DNA from: Tetramitus jugosus
Lineage: Eukaryota; Protista; Heterolobosea
Assembly (NCBI GenBank): GCA_937625935.1
Contig: OW569371.1
Location: 248,001 to 312,000 of the forward strand
Direction: 5' to 3'
DNA: 64,000 bases
Made by a program: the position numbers and the translations under genes. Below are positions 8,897-19,939 of this stretch, piece after piece; positions within the stretch are counted from its first letter, which is position 1; every line of letters begins with the position of its first letter. The notes under the pieces are model-generated. The model saw only the letters and a program-made list of their open reading frames with translations. It ran no database searches and was not told where the DNA came from.

Positions 8897-10282
8897 TTAC
8901 TGAGTCTTGTCTCTGTCCACCCAATCAAAGCCGCACATTTCACAAATGTAGAACAATTTTCCTTGGTTTTCCCTGTTCTTCATTTTTACATATTGAATGA
9001 GCTCCGCCACACATCTGCCACAGGTTGTGCACTTGTAATTGTCTGATTGAACCAGACTTTTGAGAATCTTGAAATTGATGAAAGCCTTCTTTTCAGAGAG
9101 TTCATCTTTGGTTTTTCCCATTCTTATGTTCATCATAAACTTGAATTCCTCGTCAGTAATTTCGTCTTTGGCCCTCCCATATTCCAGGATGGTTGCACTC
9201 GGGACTCCTGTGTACACATTTTTATGGATAAGGGTTGAGGTATCTGGAATCGACCTGGAGTTTTGTGATAGTATCAAGAGAGCAGTGTCAGCATGCCCAA
9301 ATTCCGAAGCAACTCGCCAAGCGTCATGTTTCCAAAAAGATGGGTCTATTCGCTCATCTTTAAGTAAAAGTTCGATGAGAGAGTTCGCTCCATTCATGGC
9401 GGCCGTTCTGAGAACGAGATTGTGGAATATGGTTGGATCTACTCTTTTGGTCATTATCATACGTTCTACGAGGTTCATATGATTTTTTTGACAACCCAGC
9501 TTGACTGATTCAGTCAGATCTATAGTTTGATCTTCAATAGCTACATCAAGGAGGGCTCCATGATCATTTTCGATTGCTATATGAAGGAGTTCATCGCTTG
9601 TTGCCAATTTGTGGTGTTTGACGAGACAAAGAACTACATAGCCCTTATTCTTCCTCTTTGCATATTGATCAAACAGCTGTCGATTTTCTTCAAGGGAAAT
9701 TAGTTGCTTCCATTGTTGAGATCCAACGAGAATATCAAGAGAAGTCATAAATTTCAGATCTCTTGCATATTCAAACATGGTAAGCAAGTGTTCCTTGGTG
9801 AGTTTGTTGTGTTCCATGATCAATCTCAAAGCCTTTGGAGTTTGTCTTGCAACTGCCACTCGAAACGCACTCGTATGGTAGCCCTCCCTCAAAAAAGAAG
9901 TGAACGGATTGAATCGCTCCGTTTGTGACACGAGTGTGAAAAGTTCTGCATTGTCAAGCTGGATCAACACTCTTATACCACTATTACTATGTGGTAAGAG
10001 ATCAACATTGGTGTCGTCAAGACATCGCTGCAATAACTCGACATTTCCACTCTTGCATGCATGTGCCAACGCATGTTGATTTAGTCTCTGTGCTCTCAAC
10101 GCCTGTTTATGAAATCTTTTGTTTTTCAGGATTTGCATCAAGGAGAAAATTTCTCTGTTGGAAAAATGGGTCAACACAGTCCATAAGATGTCATCAGGCC
10201 AGTACAATGGTGTTGTTTCTTGGGTGACCACCTTTCTTCGCTTCACATCAATGCTTGCTTTTGCTTCTGTAGGACGCTTCAT
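8897..10282 (-). CDS. F-box-like + ankyrin repeats + C-terminal GRF-type zinc finger
   Basis: NLS-like KRRK; F-box-like 'YWPDDILWTVLTHFSNREIF'; ankyrin repeats such as 'LAHACKSGNVELLQRCL' and 'LRTAAMNGANSLIELLLKDERIDPS'; C-terminal 'CTTCG...NQGKLFYICEMCGFDWVD'. Start at 10282 or 10309. Confidence 0.7.
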   Translation of the reverse strand: MKRPTEAKASIDVKRRKVVTQETTPLYWPDDILWTVLTHFSNREIFSLMQILKNKRFHKQALRAQRLNQHALAHACKSGNVELLQRCLDDTNVDLLPHSNSGIRVLIQLDNAELFTLVSQTERFNPFTSFLREGYHTSAFRVAVARQTPKALRLIMEHNKLTKEHLLTMFEYARDLKFMTSLDILVGSQQWKQLISLEENRQLFDQYAKRKNKGYVVLCLVKHHKLATSDELLHIAIENDHGALLDVAIEDQTIDLTESVKLGCQKNHMNLVERMIMTKRVDPTIFHNLVLRTAAMNGANSLIELLLKDERIDPSFWKHDAWRVASEFGHADTALLILSQNSRSIPDTSTLIHKNVYTGVPSATILEYGRAKDEITDEEFKFMMNIRMGKTKDELSEKKAFINFKILKSLVQSDNYKCTTCGRCVAELIQYVKMKNRENQGKLFYICEMCGFDWVDRDKTQ

Positions 10283-10313
10283 TATCGGATCTTCTTTTTT
10301 TGCGAACATGAAA

Positions 10314-10346
10314 TTGGCGCCCAAACTGTGTTCTTTTTTCCCGCCA
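10314..10346. promoter_or_regulatory. Two E2F-like sites in the ankyrin-GRF/SPC24 divergent promoter
   Basis: TTGGCGCCCAAA (10314-10325) and TTTCCCGCCAA (ending 10346). Confidence 0.45.
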
Positions 10347-10377
10347 ACAACAAACCAGTAAAGAAAAAAAACAACGG

Positions 10378-11052
10378 ATGAACGACACGAGTCAGGTTGG
10401 AATTGCAACCAACAACAACAACAACAACGGCAATGGTAATGCTGCTATGGATCCTAGGAAAGACATTGAACAGTCACTCAAGGTTCTCTCCCAACTAGAC
10501 GGCCTGTACAAACAAATGCCCGACCATGAGCGAATTCAGAGCATTCAAAAGCAGAGAGAAGAGTTGATAAACAAGTGCCGACAACAACAAAACAGATTAA
10601 AGCAGTTGATTCATCAAATGAAGGCAAAGAATGAACAAACAAGGGCACAAAGTGTTCGAGTGGAGCCTGAATCGGAGCATTTGAAGAGAGTGAAGATGCT
10701 GCAGAGAGAACTAGAGGATTTGAATGAGAGTGTGTTTGGTCTGGAACAGCAGTGTCACAATTTGTCAAAGTTGATTGAGCAGGAGCATCAGAGGCAATTG
10801 TCCTATCAAGAACAGATTTCATCATTAGATAAGGAATTTAATGATCAGGTGAGATGGGGCAATGATTTAACAAGAATGTACAAGTATGTTTGTCCTGTGG
10901 AGTGGGATTTGGCCTATTCGCAAGGTGCAAAGGGCTTCTTTAAGCCTGACGCAGTGAAACAACAAAATGTCATTCTGTTTGACTTTACTGGTTTCAGTGA
11001 GAGACAAACAGCCAACCGTATGTGGGACAAACTGTACGAAATGTTCTGCTAG
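10378..11052 (+). CDS. SPC24: Kinetochore Ndc80-complex subunit Spc24-like
   Basis: Long coiled coil followed by 'MYKYVCPVEWD...G......ILFDFTGFSERQTANRMWDKL', which resembles the Spc24 C-terminal RWD-like domain. Confidence 0.65.
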   Translation: MNDTSQVGIATNNNNNNGNGNAAMDPRKDIEQSLKVLSQLDGLYKQMPDHERIQSIQKQREELINKCRQQQNRLKQLIHQMKAKNEQTRAQSVRVEPESEHLKRVKMLQRELEDLNESVFGLEQQCHNLSKLIEQEHQRQLSYQEQISSLDKEFNDQVRWGNDLTRMYKYVCPVEWDLAYSQGAKGFFKPDAVKQQNVILFDFTGFSERQTANRMWDKLYEMFC

Positions 11053-11194
11053 AAAACATTGATTCAAGGTTTCTCGTAACCGGAGGTTGTACTGCAACAT
11101 ACAAGGAGATCCTCATCTTCGATCAGGACATATAAATAGTTCTGTGTACAGATGGTCCTACAACACCAAAGAACAAAACATAACAACACCGACT

Positions 11195-11482
11195 ATGCCG
11201 AGGGAGTGGAAGTGTCCAGGTTGCTCTAGCACCATGACGTCTCATTACAACCGACACAGAGAACATTGTTGCCGCTTCAGGGAAACTAATGATTTCATTG
11301 TATTTCAACAAGCGAAAAAGAAGCGAGAAGAATGCTCAAGTCTGAAGATGATTAACAAGGTTGCATTGGCTTCTGAAGAACCAGTTTCAACGGTTTCATC
11401 ATTGATGAGTGACAAAATCCCTACCATAACAACTACACAAACTTCCACTAATCCAACTCAACCAGAAACATTGAATAAATAA
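11195..11482 (+). CDS. Small hypothetical protein with C2HC-like zinc-binding motif
   Basis: 'WKCPGC...YNRHREHC'; TATAAATA about 60 bp upstream (near 11131); AATAAA overlapping the stop. Confidence 0.4.
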   Translation: MPREWKCPGCSSTMTSHYNRHREHCCRFRETNDFIVFQQAKKKREECSSLKMINKVALASEEPVSTVSSLMSDKIPTITTTQTSTNPTQPETLNK

Positions 11483-11521
11483 TTTATCATAAAAATACAA
11501 GTTTTGCAACAAGTCAAATTG

Positions 11522-13168
11522 TTACAATTTGAATCTGGCAATGTTTAACAGTGAAATCTTCTGCCTATTGATTAAACTGACTGCCGGATAAAAGTGTTGA
11601 CCACTAATGTAGTCGAACGGCTCTTCCATGATTGGTTCTCCATTCAAGAAGAACATTATGCTAGCACCTACTCGTTTGCGTCCAATTAACCGCTTCCTCT
11701 CCTCCACATAATCCTTTGTAGCAACACTAATGTCCTTCTCATGAAGCAACTCATCATTCTCTTCAGATGAATGAGTCATATCAAACTGTATCGTTACGAC
11801 ATCACCATCCTTAATCTGGAATCCACTGCCTAGCTTAAAGAAATCATTGAGTTTATACATGATTCGATTCGATGCCAAAATCAATCCAATTCCTTCGACT
11901 CCCTCACTTCCAATCCACACACCATTCGCTCTCCTTCTCATTCTCTGTCTCTCACTCACAGAATGATCATCGAGACCCGAACTGGAAGGATGAGGAATCG
12001 CACCTACAATAATCTTCCAATAATTGCTTCCCTGAGCTTCCATATGATCCACCAAAATACTCCACTGATACAAGTAACCTGGTTTCATCGCATAGGCCAA
12101 TGGAACAGTGATCCACTTTGTGCCACGATCATGATTCGAATTCATGACACATCGACCACCAATCTCATAACGAATCAATTGATGATGATACAGCGCTAGA
12201 GCTTGATCAAACTCCAATTGTTTCAAATCTCTCGTGTCCATGAGGTTCATTGTCGACTGATGAACGACTCTTCTTTCCACCGCAGTTCTCTCATTCTCAT
12301 CATTTGTAGCCATTTCACCACTCGTTGCATGATTCACATTTGCATGCACATTCGCAAGAGAAGTCGTAGTCGTAGTAGAGGTAGTATTCGTCAGAGAACT
12401 AGACTGATTTTGTCGTAAGAATGAAAGTTGTTGAGGGCTATTGTGAGACCTCATGAGCCAACCACTAGAGGATGACGAGATTGGTGGAGAAGAGGCTCCC
12501 ATCAATGATGATGAAGATGATGATGACACATGCAGTGAAGGAGGAGGTGATTGAGAAAAGGGTGGTGAGAAGGCAGCAGGAGGAGACATGGAAGATGCAC
12601 CCCAACTACCTGATCGAACAGCATGACTATTGACATAGTTGCTGCTGCTTTCATCAATGGGCTTGAAAGCGACAAACTTGTTGCACAGAATCGATTGAAC
12701 ACATTGTCGCCACGAAAGAGCTCTCTCGTGGTGGTCAGACTCACTCCGCCGTAATAGAGAAAAATATTTTTCCGAGTCGGAGATTGAAAAATGGGCGCGT
12801 TGACGCTTCCAAATGCAATCAAAATGGAATTTCCACACCCATGCAAAACAATCATCGTTTTGTTCATTGTCGTAATCTTCATCGTCTTCACTACCACCCA
12901 ATAAACAATCCGCAAAATATTGATTAACAAGTGCCAAATGATACAGATCGCTCACTGTTAAAAACAAGGCAATTTCGGAGAAAATGTCGGAGTTTTCATA
13001 GAGAAATTGAGCGTCGAGGTGCTCAACCACAGCAACTGTTTTGGCTGTGATGTGAGAGGAAAAGGGTGATTGAGATTTCGATAATGGGCTCGAGGATGAT
13101 GATGCAAATGTAGCAGTTGGAGAATTTTGCTGCTGCAAAAATTGTGAAAAAGCAGATGAAAATGACAT
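11522..13168 (-). CDS. F-box + SPRY/B30.2 domain protein
   Basis: F-box 'DIFSEIALFLTVSDLYHLALVNQYF'; SPRY-like 'GYLYQWSILVD...IIVG...GDVVTIQFDM...IMFFLNGE...HFYPAVSL'. Confidence 0.75.
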   Translation of the reverse strand: MSFSSAFSQFLQQQNSPTATFASSSSSPLSKSQSPFSSHITAKTVAVVEHLDAQFLYENSDIFSEIALFLTVSDLYHLALVNQYFADCLLGGSEDDEDYDNEQNDDCFAWVWKFHFDCIWKRQRAHFSISDSEKYFSLLRRSESDHHERALSWRQCVQSILCNKFVAFKPIDESSSNYVNSHAVRSGSWGASSMSPPAAFSPPFSQSPPPSLHVSSSSSSSLMGASSPPISSSSSGWLMRSHNSPQQLSFLRQNQSSSLTNTTSTTTTTSLANVHANVNHATSGEMATNDENERTAVERRVVHQSTMNLMDTRDLKQLEFDQALALYHHQLIRYEIGGRCVMNSNHDRGTKWITVPLAYAMKPGYLYQWSILVDHMEAQGSNYWKIIVGAIPHPSSSGLDDHSVSERQRMRRRANGVWIGSEGVEGIGLILASNRIMYKLNDFFKLGSGFQIKDGDVVTIQFDMTHSSEENDELLHEKDISVATKDYVEERKRLIGRKRVGASIMFFLNGEPIMEEPFDYISGQHFYPAVSLINRQKISLLNIARFKL

Positions 13169-13302
13169 GGTCTCTCTTATTCGTTGAGTGTGAATTGCAT
13201 GTGTGACGTGTTTTTTGTTGTTAATTTTTTCTTTGTTTTTCCCTCTTTTTTATCGGAAGGAAAATAACTCCGATGAACGGGGAAAGTTAACGCAGTTCCT
13301 AT

Positions 13303-14886
13303 CTACTCTTCGAAAGAGTCTGTGAAGGAAGAGATGAGGGTTCGAGGAGAGTTGGGGTTCATCTCTTTGGGAACAACTCTACTCAGAGTCCTTTTGGAGC
13401 CACTGAATTCTGATATCCTTCCCGTGGTCTGTTTTTGTTCTGAGACTCTGGGGTTGTCTGGATTGAGAGTGTGGTTGAGTTTGTTGAACAGTATCTTCAA
13501 CACCATTTCTTTTTCTTCCCATGTTAATCGTGTGAAGTCAGATTGTACAATTGTTGCGAGGTGTGGAGAGTCGGCCGAGCTCCGTTTTACCTTTGTCATT
13601 TTCCCTAAGACATTGTAAAGTCCAGAACGGTTGTTCTTTGTCATTGTTCTCAAATTAATGGGAGGGAATTCCGCTTGGGTGTGCTCAGAGTCCGATAACG
13701 TTCTACTATCCTTTAACTTCTGACTCTTCACGAAGGAGAAAGCTTCTGCAAAAAACATTTCGAACTCTGTCCTTTGATGTAGTATTCTCTCCGCAAGTTT
13801 CTTCAGATGGAGTAGTTCTCTAGTCCGAACGACGACCAAATTCTGTTTCTCTGCCAGTTCCCTCTTCAACTTTTCCGAAGATCGATTATTTTCATAGATT
13901 AACTCGTTCTTCTCTCTTACATAACATTCCTGTTGTTGCTCGAGCTTCAACTCTAACTGCTCTATTTTGGTATGGAGTTCTTTAATTTCTCTTGCTACTC
14001 TTACTGCCTGCTTAGCATACATTTTCAAACTGTCTTCGACTAAATCTTTCTCTCTCGTTAATTGCCGGTTCTCAACCTCGAGATTTGTTTTTAATTGACC
14101 TACATCAACGAGGTCCCTTCCTAATGTTCGTTGTTGATCCATTAGCTCGATATTTTCTTGGTGTATTTCCTTTGATTTTCTACCTACTAGACTCATTGCT
14201 TTCTGGTGAACTTCCTCGAGCAGAGCCCTTCGAAGCAACTCCTCTTCTGCCTTCAAGGCAATCTTTTCTTCCTCAAACTTGACTTTCAATTTCGTTAACT
14301 CAGTTTCAAAGTTAGCTTTCATAACATCAATTTCCATTTCCTTCCTCCGTAAAGCCTCTTTCAACTCTTTCTTATCTATCTAGAAACGTGATTACAGAGA
14401 TTACAATTGTTATTAATTATCAATCTTCATCGCTTCTCCTTCATACACATTTCTTGTACATACTTGCAACTTCTCGAGTTCCTTCATATCTTCTTTCATT
14501 TTATCGAATTCACTGTTCAGGTTGGTCTGAGTCATTTCATACTCCGTTCTTCGAGAAGATAATTCTAAATCCTTGAGTTTTAACCTCTCTTCATAGTCGT
14601 CCTGCATATCCTCCATCTTCTTCAGCAAATTTCGGAGTTGAGTGTTCTTCAGTTCCAAATCTTTTTGTAAGTAGGAAGAGACTTGAGAATGATCATGTTC
14701 CCTCTTTTTTGATTCTTCTTTCATTGCCGAGTTTTCAGCTTTCACTTTTTCATACAGTGACATGTAGGTTTGTAGAGCTTGAAGCTTGGCTACAACACTT
14801 GCATCGTCAATCTTACTCGCTGGTTCGCTTGCCGAGCTCATGTCATTGATTCGAGCATCAGATGTCTTTGTTTTCAACTTGGACAT
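13303..14886 (-). CDS. BBOF1: Basal body orientation factor 1 (CCDC176); exons 14886-14464 and 14379-13303
   Basis: Coiled coil with 'LAERILHQRTEFEMFF' and 'LTWEEKEMVLKILFNKLN'. Intron 14463-14380 (GTATGT...TTCTAG) joins the two ORFs in frame. Confidence 0.75.
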
Positions 14887-14985
14887 CAATTATTCTGTTT
14901 TCGGTTGCAAGATAAATTAGTTCTGTTTTTGCCTCTTGGTACACTTGACATTTCAAGTCACGATGAAATGAATCTTAACTTTATT

Positions 14986-16269
14986 TTACGATACGCTCGC
15001 TTTCGGTTCTTTGTTCAACATACGACAGAAGAAAACGTTAGAAAGAGTCATGTTTTTGTTGGGAACTGCATAATTCATCCCCTTACTCATCAACTCTCTC
15101 ACATTCTCAGCATAGAGATCTGGGTTTTCCCTTTCCAATTGGTTAGGATAATATACTGGAAAGTGAATAATCGTACAACTGTTGTAGAATTGACACAGAA
15201 ACCGAGGAAACCAGAGAAAGATGTTAATACTGTCCCAAGCTACATTAAAATGACGGTAGGGATAGTGAACCATCATGGGCTTCACTGGAGATCCGTTCAC
15301 AAATGCTCCTCGGTGAAACCGGAGCAAACTTGTGCCATTCGTGGTCGTCCCCTCAGGAAATATCACTAACTTTGCTCTGGTCGTATCTTCATTGTACTTT
15401 TTCTCTTCTTCTTTCATCATATCCAACAAGTTACTCCTCGTGCTTTCATCATAGAATAAGCAACCAATTTGTTGCATGAATCGACCAATAATCGGAACTT
15501 TTTGAAGAGATCCTTTGGAGAGCATACCAACAGCTCCTAGCTCTTCCAAAATCATGAAGACATCACAGAACGACACATGATTGCAAACTGTAATGTAACA
15601 ACTCGAATCAGTTTCTGACTGAGAATTCTGAGTATAATATTGATCCGAACCATTGATCATCTGATACTCGATATCCTCTCGTGTTTCTCTATCGTTGATC
15701 GATGTCAAGGAGTTGTTATCGAAGACGGAGTTTTCCGGGTGCTGTTGAAGTCGAGCAATATCGTCTCCGGATAAAAAGATGCGATGAATTCTGTGGAACC
15801 CAGAGACAATCAACCCTACACGGATCACGTCTTTCAACCACGAGAACATTATTCTTCTCGGAGAGTCTGGCGGCAAGTCATCAATTGACTTGTAACTATG
15901 TTTCGGCGAACAAATGAACAACCAATCAGTGAACACAACAATTCTAGAGAACAAGTACCAAGAAAGAACAATTAGCAGAATAAGACAGAATCGGACAGGT
16001 ATGAGTATAATTCCTGGGAAAATGAACTTGATCGTTTCGAGAGCAATCGTTGCACGGGAGGACGACCGTCGAAACGGGGCAGTATAATTCTTTGTTTTCA
16101 TGTCAACTTTTAAGACATTTTCTTGTGTTGGATCTCTCTGACTGAATGTCTGATTGACTTGAATGATCGAATCTGCGCTGCCTGAATCTAAAGGTGCTTG
16201 TTGGAGTTGATCCATGTTCATGCTGTTCAGTTGAAAGCTATTGGCATACTGAGTAGGTGTCGTCATCAT
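14986..16269 (-). CDS. Lysophospholipid acyltransferase (LPCAT/LPEAT, PlsC family)
   Basis: Acyltransferase motifs 'NHVSFCD' (HX4D) and 'IFPEGTTTNG..LL.FH.GAF'; N-terminal TM segment. Confidence 0.9.
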   Translation of the reverse strand: MMTTPTQYANSFQLNSMNMDQLQQAPLDSGSADSIIQVNQTFSQRDPTQENVLKVDMKTKNYTAPFRRSSSRATIALETIKFIFPGIILIPVRFCLILLIVLSWYLFSRIVVFTDWLFICSPKHSYKSIDDLPPDSPRRIMFSWLKDVIRVGLIVSGFHRIHRIFLSGDDIARLQQHPENSVFDNNSLTSINDRETREDIEYQMINGSDQYYTQNSQSETDSSCYITVCNHVSFCDVFMILEELGAVGMLSKGSLQKVPIIGRFMQQIGCLFYDESTRSNLLDMMKEEEKKYNEDTTRAKLVIFPEGTTTNGTSLLRFHRGAFVNGSPVKPMMVHYPYRHFNVAWDSINIFLWFPRFLCQFYNSCTIIHFPVYYPNQLERENPDLYAENVRELMSKGMNYAVPNKNMTLSNVFFCRMLNKEPKASVS

Positions 16270-16560
16270 CTTGGGGTTCTTTGATTTTTAGAGCCAACTA
16301 TCCAATGATGTGGAGATTGAACAGAAAGGGTCAGGCAGAGTTCAAACTATTTTTGGTCGGTTGAGTGTATAATAGCTCAAGGAGTTTTTTTCACCTCCGA
16401 ATTCTGTGTCGTGGAATTTGACAGGTGTCCTTGACCAACGATCTTGCTCACCAACTCATAGAATGGTGTAGCTCAACATGACTCCAAATCCTTTGAAGTG
16501 GTAGTGTTCCCATTGATTTGATTTTTATGAAAGTTTATTGTTCCCAATCCCAGTAACTTA

Positions 16561-18900
16561 TTATTCTGCCTTGTCTGTGGTTGGCTGTTTCCCAAAGAGA
16601 GAAGCAAAGTTGCGAGTTTTAACATTAACCATTTGACGAATCGTCTCAATATCTTCATCAGCAAGTGGAACACCAGCTGCCAATCGAGACTTCTCTTCCT
16701 CCTTTTGTGACTCTTCCTTTGGTTGAACAAACCTTTGAAGGAATTCATATGCAAGTAGCGTGACACCGAATTGAGGAGACGAACGAACGACTCTTGGAAC
16801 AACACCCTTGAAGAGTGCTTTTGGTCCTTCTTGCTTGTAAACTTGACCCAGACAATCCATAATACCAGAGTATGTGGCCTGTCCTTTACGAGCCTCAACT
16901 TGCAATCTTGTCTTCACCACATCGAATGGCGTTGTTGAAGATGCAGAAATACCTCCTGCAATACAACCAGCAAGCAACAATCCCCACCCTTGTGTCTCAA
17001 CCTCACCTTCCTTCTTGAACTTTTCTTTCAGGTAGGCATAAGTTGGGAAATATATACCAGAGAATGGAATATCTCTGGCAAAACATGCCGTCGATCCTCT
17101 GTATAATCCAGACAATCCTAACTCCTTGCAAATTGTTAGAGCACTCTTAGGAGCGATACCCTCTTGTCTTGCAATTTCTCCTTGTACTTGCAATCGAATC
17201 TTGACAATTTCAATAGGATTGGTGAATACGACCTGAGAGGCACCAGCACCCATACCAGCTAACACTTCCAATGGGAAGTAAATTTCGCCCTCCTCGCCAG
17301 AACCACCAAACCAATCGCGCAAGAAATCGTTGGTGACAAGCTTGATAGCCTTCTCTGGAGCTACACCAATCAATTGAGGACCAAGACCACGATACAGCCC
17401 TTTGAAACCTTCAAATTTGTAGATTTGCTTAAAGCAGTCAATGCTGCTTGCATACAGCTGAGGGCCACCGCCACGCTGATTCTGCATACGTGTCTTCACC
17501 ATATCAATAGGATAGACAGCTGTTGCACCAATAGCTCCAGCAATACCACCATACAAAGTTTTTGTGGCAACCTTTACGGCACCACTCATCACTCTCTCTT
17601 GCCAAGTCATCTCAGCAATAGGATCCTTGGAACTGATTGCATCACGACTCCATGCATCCAACACGGCTTGTCTTCTTTCAGTGTCATGATTCAAAATGTT
17701 GATAAACTCTTCATAGTCCTCTCTCGAAAGAATATCTTCGTTTGAACTGGCAAACATTTTAAAAATGATAGAAACTTCCATTGGTGACAAAACAATACCT
17801 GTAATACGTCTAGCAGCTCTACTGAAGCTCGTCTTATCAATCTTACCATCAGGACCAGCAGCGTTACGAATAGAGGAAGCTACAGCCTGCAAGTTACTCA
17901 TAATTCGATTGAATGCATCAAACTCTGCATAACTAATCTTCTCTGATGTTTCCGACAATTTTCTAATGTTTTGATTGATTCTCTGAGGCAACTCTGACTG
18001 AGAAATATATCCCGTCAACAATTGACCAAACTGTGAAGCAGAAATGTAACCGTCGCCATCAGAGTCCATTCTTTGGAACTCTTGTCGACGAATCTCTTCT
18101 GTCAACAGTCTCATAAACTGTGAAAATTGATGGTAGGACAGTGTGCTGTGACCATCTCTGCCAAAGAACCTTGTCATCAACTCACAATCGAAATCGAAAT
18201 CAGTGTTCACATATCGATTGTTCTTCAATGCATGCTTGAACTCGTCCTTTGAAATACTGCCGTCATTGTTCACATCAAACATTCTGAACGCCATCTCAAA
18301 CTCATTCTCCGGTGTAGTCAAGAACTTGAACAGAATAATGTACTCTGATAGATTGATCATTCCAGTTTCTTTCGTATCAGCCATTTGGAACAGCAATCGT
18401 AGTGTGTTGGAATCAGGTGCCTTTTTTGGTGCAGCAGTTGTTGCTTGCTGTTGATTTCTATCAATAATGGATCGAATAAAGTCATCTGGTGTCATCAATG
18501 GAGATCCACTGATGGAGTCTCGATGAGAGGCATATCGTTGGAAAATTTTCTTGAGTCTCTTGTGTTGTTTCTTGTCCAACACTCTTCTCTTGGAAGTGCC
18601 TGATGAGGAAGCTTGTTGTTGTTCTCCAGATGTTGCAGCAGCAGTAGGTTCTTCAGCATGAAACACGCTTCCCCACATGCTACTCCTTGTTTTGTTGCTA
18701 CTGTTGTTACTGTTTGTTTCATCATGATCAGTTGTTGTTGTTGTTGATGTCGATGATGATGAAGTTTGCCAGACATCTCTTGTTGTGTACAATGCAGCAG
18801 AAAATCCAAGATTTTCCACATGAGTATTGTTGTTTAGCTTTCTGATCTTGTTTTTGGTCGAGTGAGACATTTCACTTGGAAATCGTAGATCGTTTGTCAT
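16561..18900 (-). CDS. Calcium-binding mitochondrial aspartate/glutamate carrier (aralar/citrin, SLC25A12/13-like)
   Basis: Several EF-hands (DTKETGMI, DVNNDGSI, DSDGDGYI) followed by three carrier repeats 'YPIDMVKTRMQ', 'NPIEIVKIRLQ', 'TPFDVVKTRLQ', plus 'RSSPQFGVTL'. Confidence 0.92.
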   Translation of the reverse strand: MTNDLRFPSEMSHSTKNKIRKLNNNTHVENLGFSAALYTTRDVWQTSSSSTSTTTTTDHDETNSNNSSNKTRSSMWGSVFHAEEPTAAATSGEQQQASSSGTSKRRVLDKKQHKRLKKIFQRYASHRDSISGSPLMTPDDFIRSIIDRNQQQATTAAPKKAPDSNTLRLLFQMADTKETGMINLSEYIILFKFLTTPENEFEMAFRMFDVNNDGSISKDEFKHALKNNRYVNTDFDFDCELMTRFFGRDGHSTLSYHQFSQFMRLLTEEIRRQEFQRMDSDGDGYISASQFGQLLTGYISQSELPQRINQNIRKLSETSEKISYAEFDAFNRIMSNLQAVASSIRNAAGPDGKIDKTSFSRAARRITGIVLSPMEVSIIFKMFASSNEDILSREDYEEFINILNHDTERRQAVLDAWSRDAISSKDPIAEMTWQERVMSGAVKVATKTLYGGIAGAIGATAVYPIDMVKTRMQNQRGGGPQLYASSIDCFKQIYKFEGFKGLYRGLGPQLIGVAPEKAIKLVTNDFLRDWFGGSGEEGEIYFPLEVLAGMGAGASQVVFTNPIEIVKIRLQVQGEIARQEGIAPKSALTICKELGLSGLYRGSTACFARDIPFSGIYFPTYAYLKEKFKKEGEVETQGWGLLLAGCIAGGISASSTTPFDVVKTRLQVEARKGQATYSGIMDCLGQVYKQEGPKALFKGVVPRVVRSSPQFGVTLLAYEFLQRFVQPKEESQKEEEKSRLAAGVPLADEDIETIRQMVNVKTRNFASLFGKQPTTDKAE

Positions 18901-19354
18901 TGCTTTGTTTATTGTTAGTGTTGTTATTGTTGTTATTGTTGTTTGTAGTGTATGTACAATGTGTGTATCTCAGAGAGATCTATTTTTGTTGTAGTAAAGA
19001 AGGGGAGAGCTTTACAAAAAAAGATCACGTTGTTTGTGTTGGATGACGGTTGTTTAGGTGTTTGGGTTTGTGTGATGTACAGATAAATTAGAATGGATTT
19101 TTGGAAAGCTCTTTGGAGACTCCTCTTTCTGTCCTTTAAAAATACAGTGGTTGTTGTTTGGTTTGTTTTGCTTTGGTTGGTGTGAGTTCTCCAAACACAA
19201 AGTGAGATGACAAGGTGTTCTGAAAGGTGTTGTTAGCGAAAATATTCCAAGTGAAAATGTTCCGAAGGCTGATGCAGGGACTTGTCTTGTCGCCAACAGG
19301 GAGAAATGGAAAATTTCAAGATTCAGCCAAGTTGACAACGAAAAATGAGACAGG

Positions 19355-19894
19355 TTATTCCTCCTGATTGAGCTCCCTGATTTCATGCTTTACGATGGTA
19401 TTGAAGTCTGAGAAGATGAAATGAGCCGCAAATCTCTTGTTTTGCAGCATTTGAGGGAACCATAGCTTGTCATCAGGCCACATGTCATCATATGGAATCT
19501 GATCGACATTGAACCATTCTGGTTTCATCTCCTCAGTCTCCTCGATTTGTCCTTGTAGCTCACCAGACTTGAAAACATGACATTCCAACAACCGATCTTC
19601 ATACTGATGATCAAATTCGAAGAACAGAATACCCATTTGTTCTGGATTCACTGCAGTGACACCAAATTCTTCTTGTAGTTCTCTCTGGGCTCCTTCTGCG
19701 ATTGTTTCACCCTTCTCAACCTTTCCACCAGCACCATTCCACTTTCCAGCTCCAAAACCTCTCTTCTTCATTCCCAATAGCAGCTCGTTTCCCTTGTGAA
19801 TGAAAACAAGTGTAAGAACCTTGCGATCTTGGTATTTAGCGGCAGCTATAGGAAAAATTGGCTTTGTCAAATGAATGGGCAAGAGTCTTTGCAT
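19355..19894 (-). CDS. NUDT1: Oxidized purine nucleoside triphosphatase (MTH1-like Nudix hydrolase)
   Basis: 'LLGMKKRGFGAGKWNG.GGKVE.GET...GAQRELQEE' Nudix box; 'ETEEMKPEWF' and 'IPYDDMWPDD..WFP'. Confidence 0.9.
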   Translation of the reverse strand: MQRLLPIHLTKPIFPIAAAKYQDRKVLTLVFIHKGNELLLGMKKRGFGAGKWNGAGGKVEKGETIAEGAQRELQEEFGVTAVNPEQMGILFFEFDHQYEDRLLECHVFKSGELQGQIEETEEMKPEWFNVDQIPYDDMWPDDKLWFPQMLQNKRFAAHFIFSDFNTIVKHEIRELNQEE

Positions 19895-19939
19895 TGATAT
19901 TTTTCGTCCTTGTTGTGAAAATGATGTTCCCACGAAAAA

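Noticed and set aside
8915-9040. C-terminal Cys cluster first read as a TFIIS/Rpb9 zinc ribbon
   Set aside because: It lacks the QxRSADE motif; 'N.GK.FY.C...C.F.W.D' fits a GRF zinc finger better.
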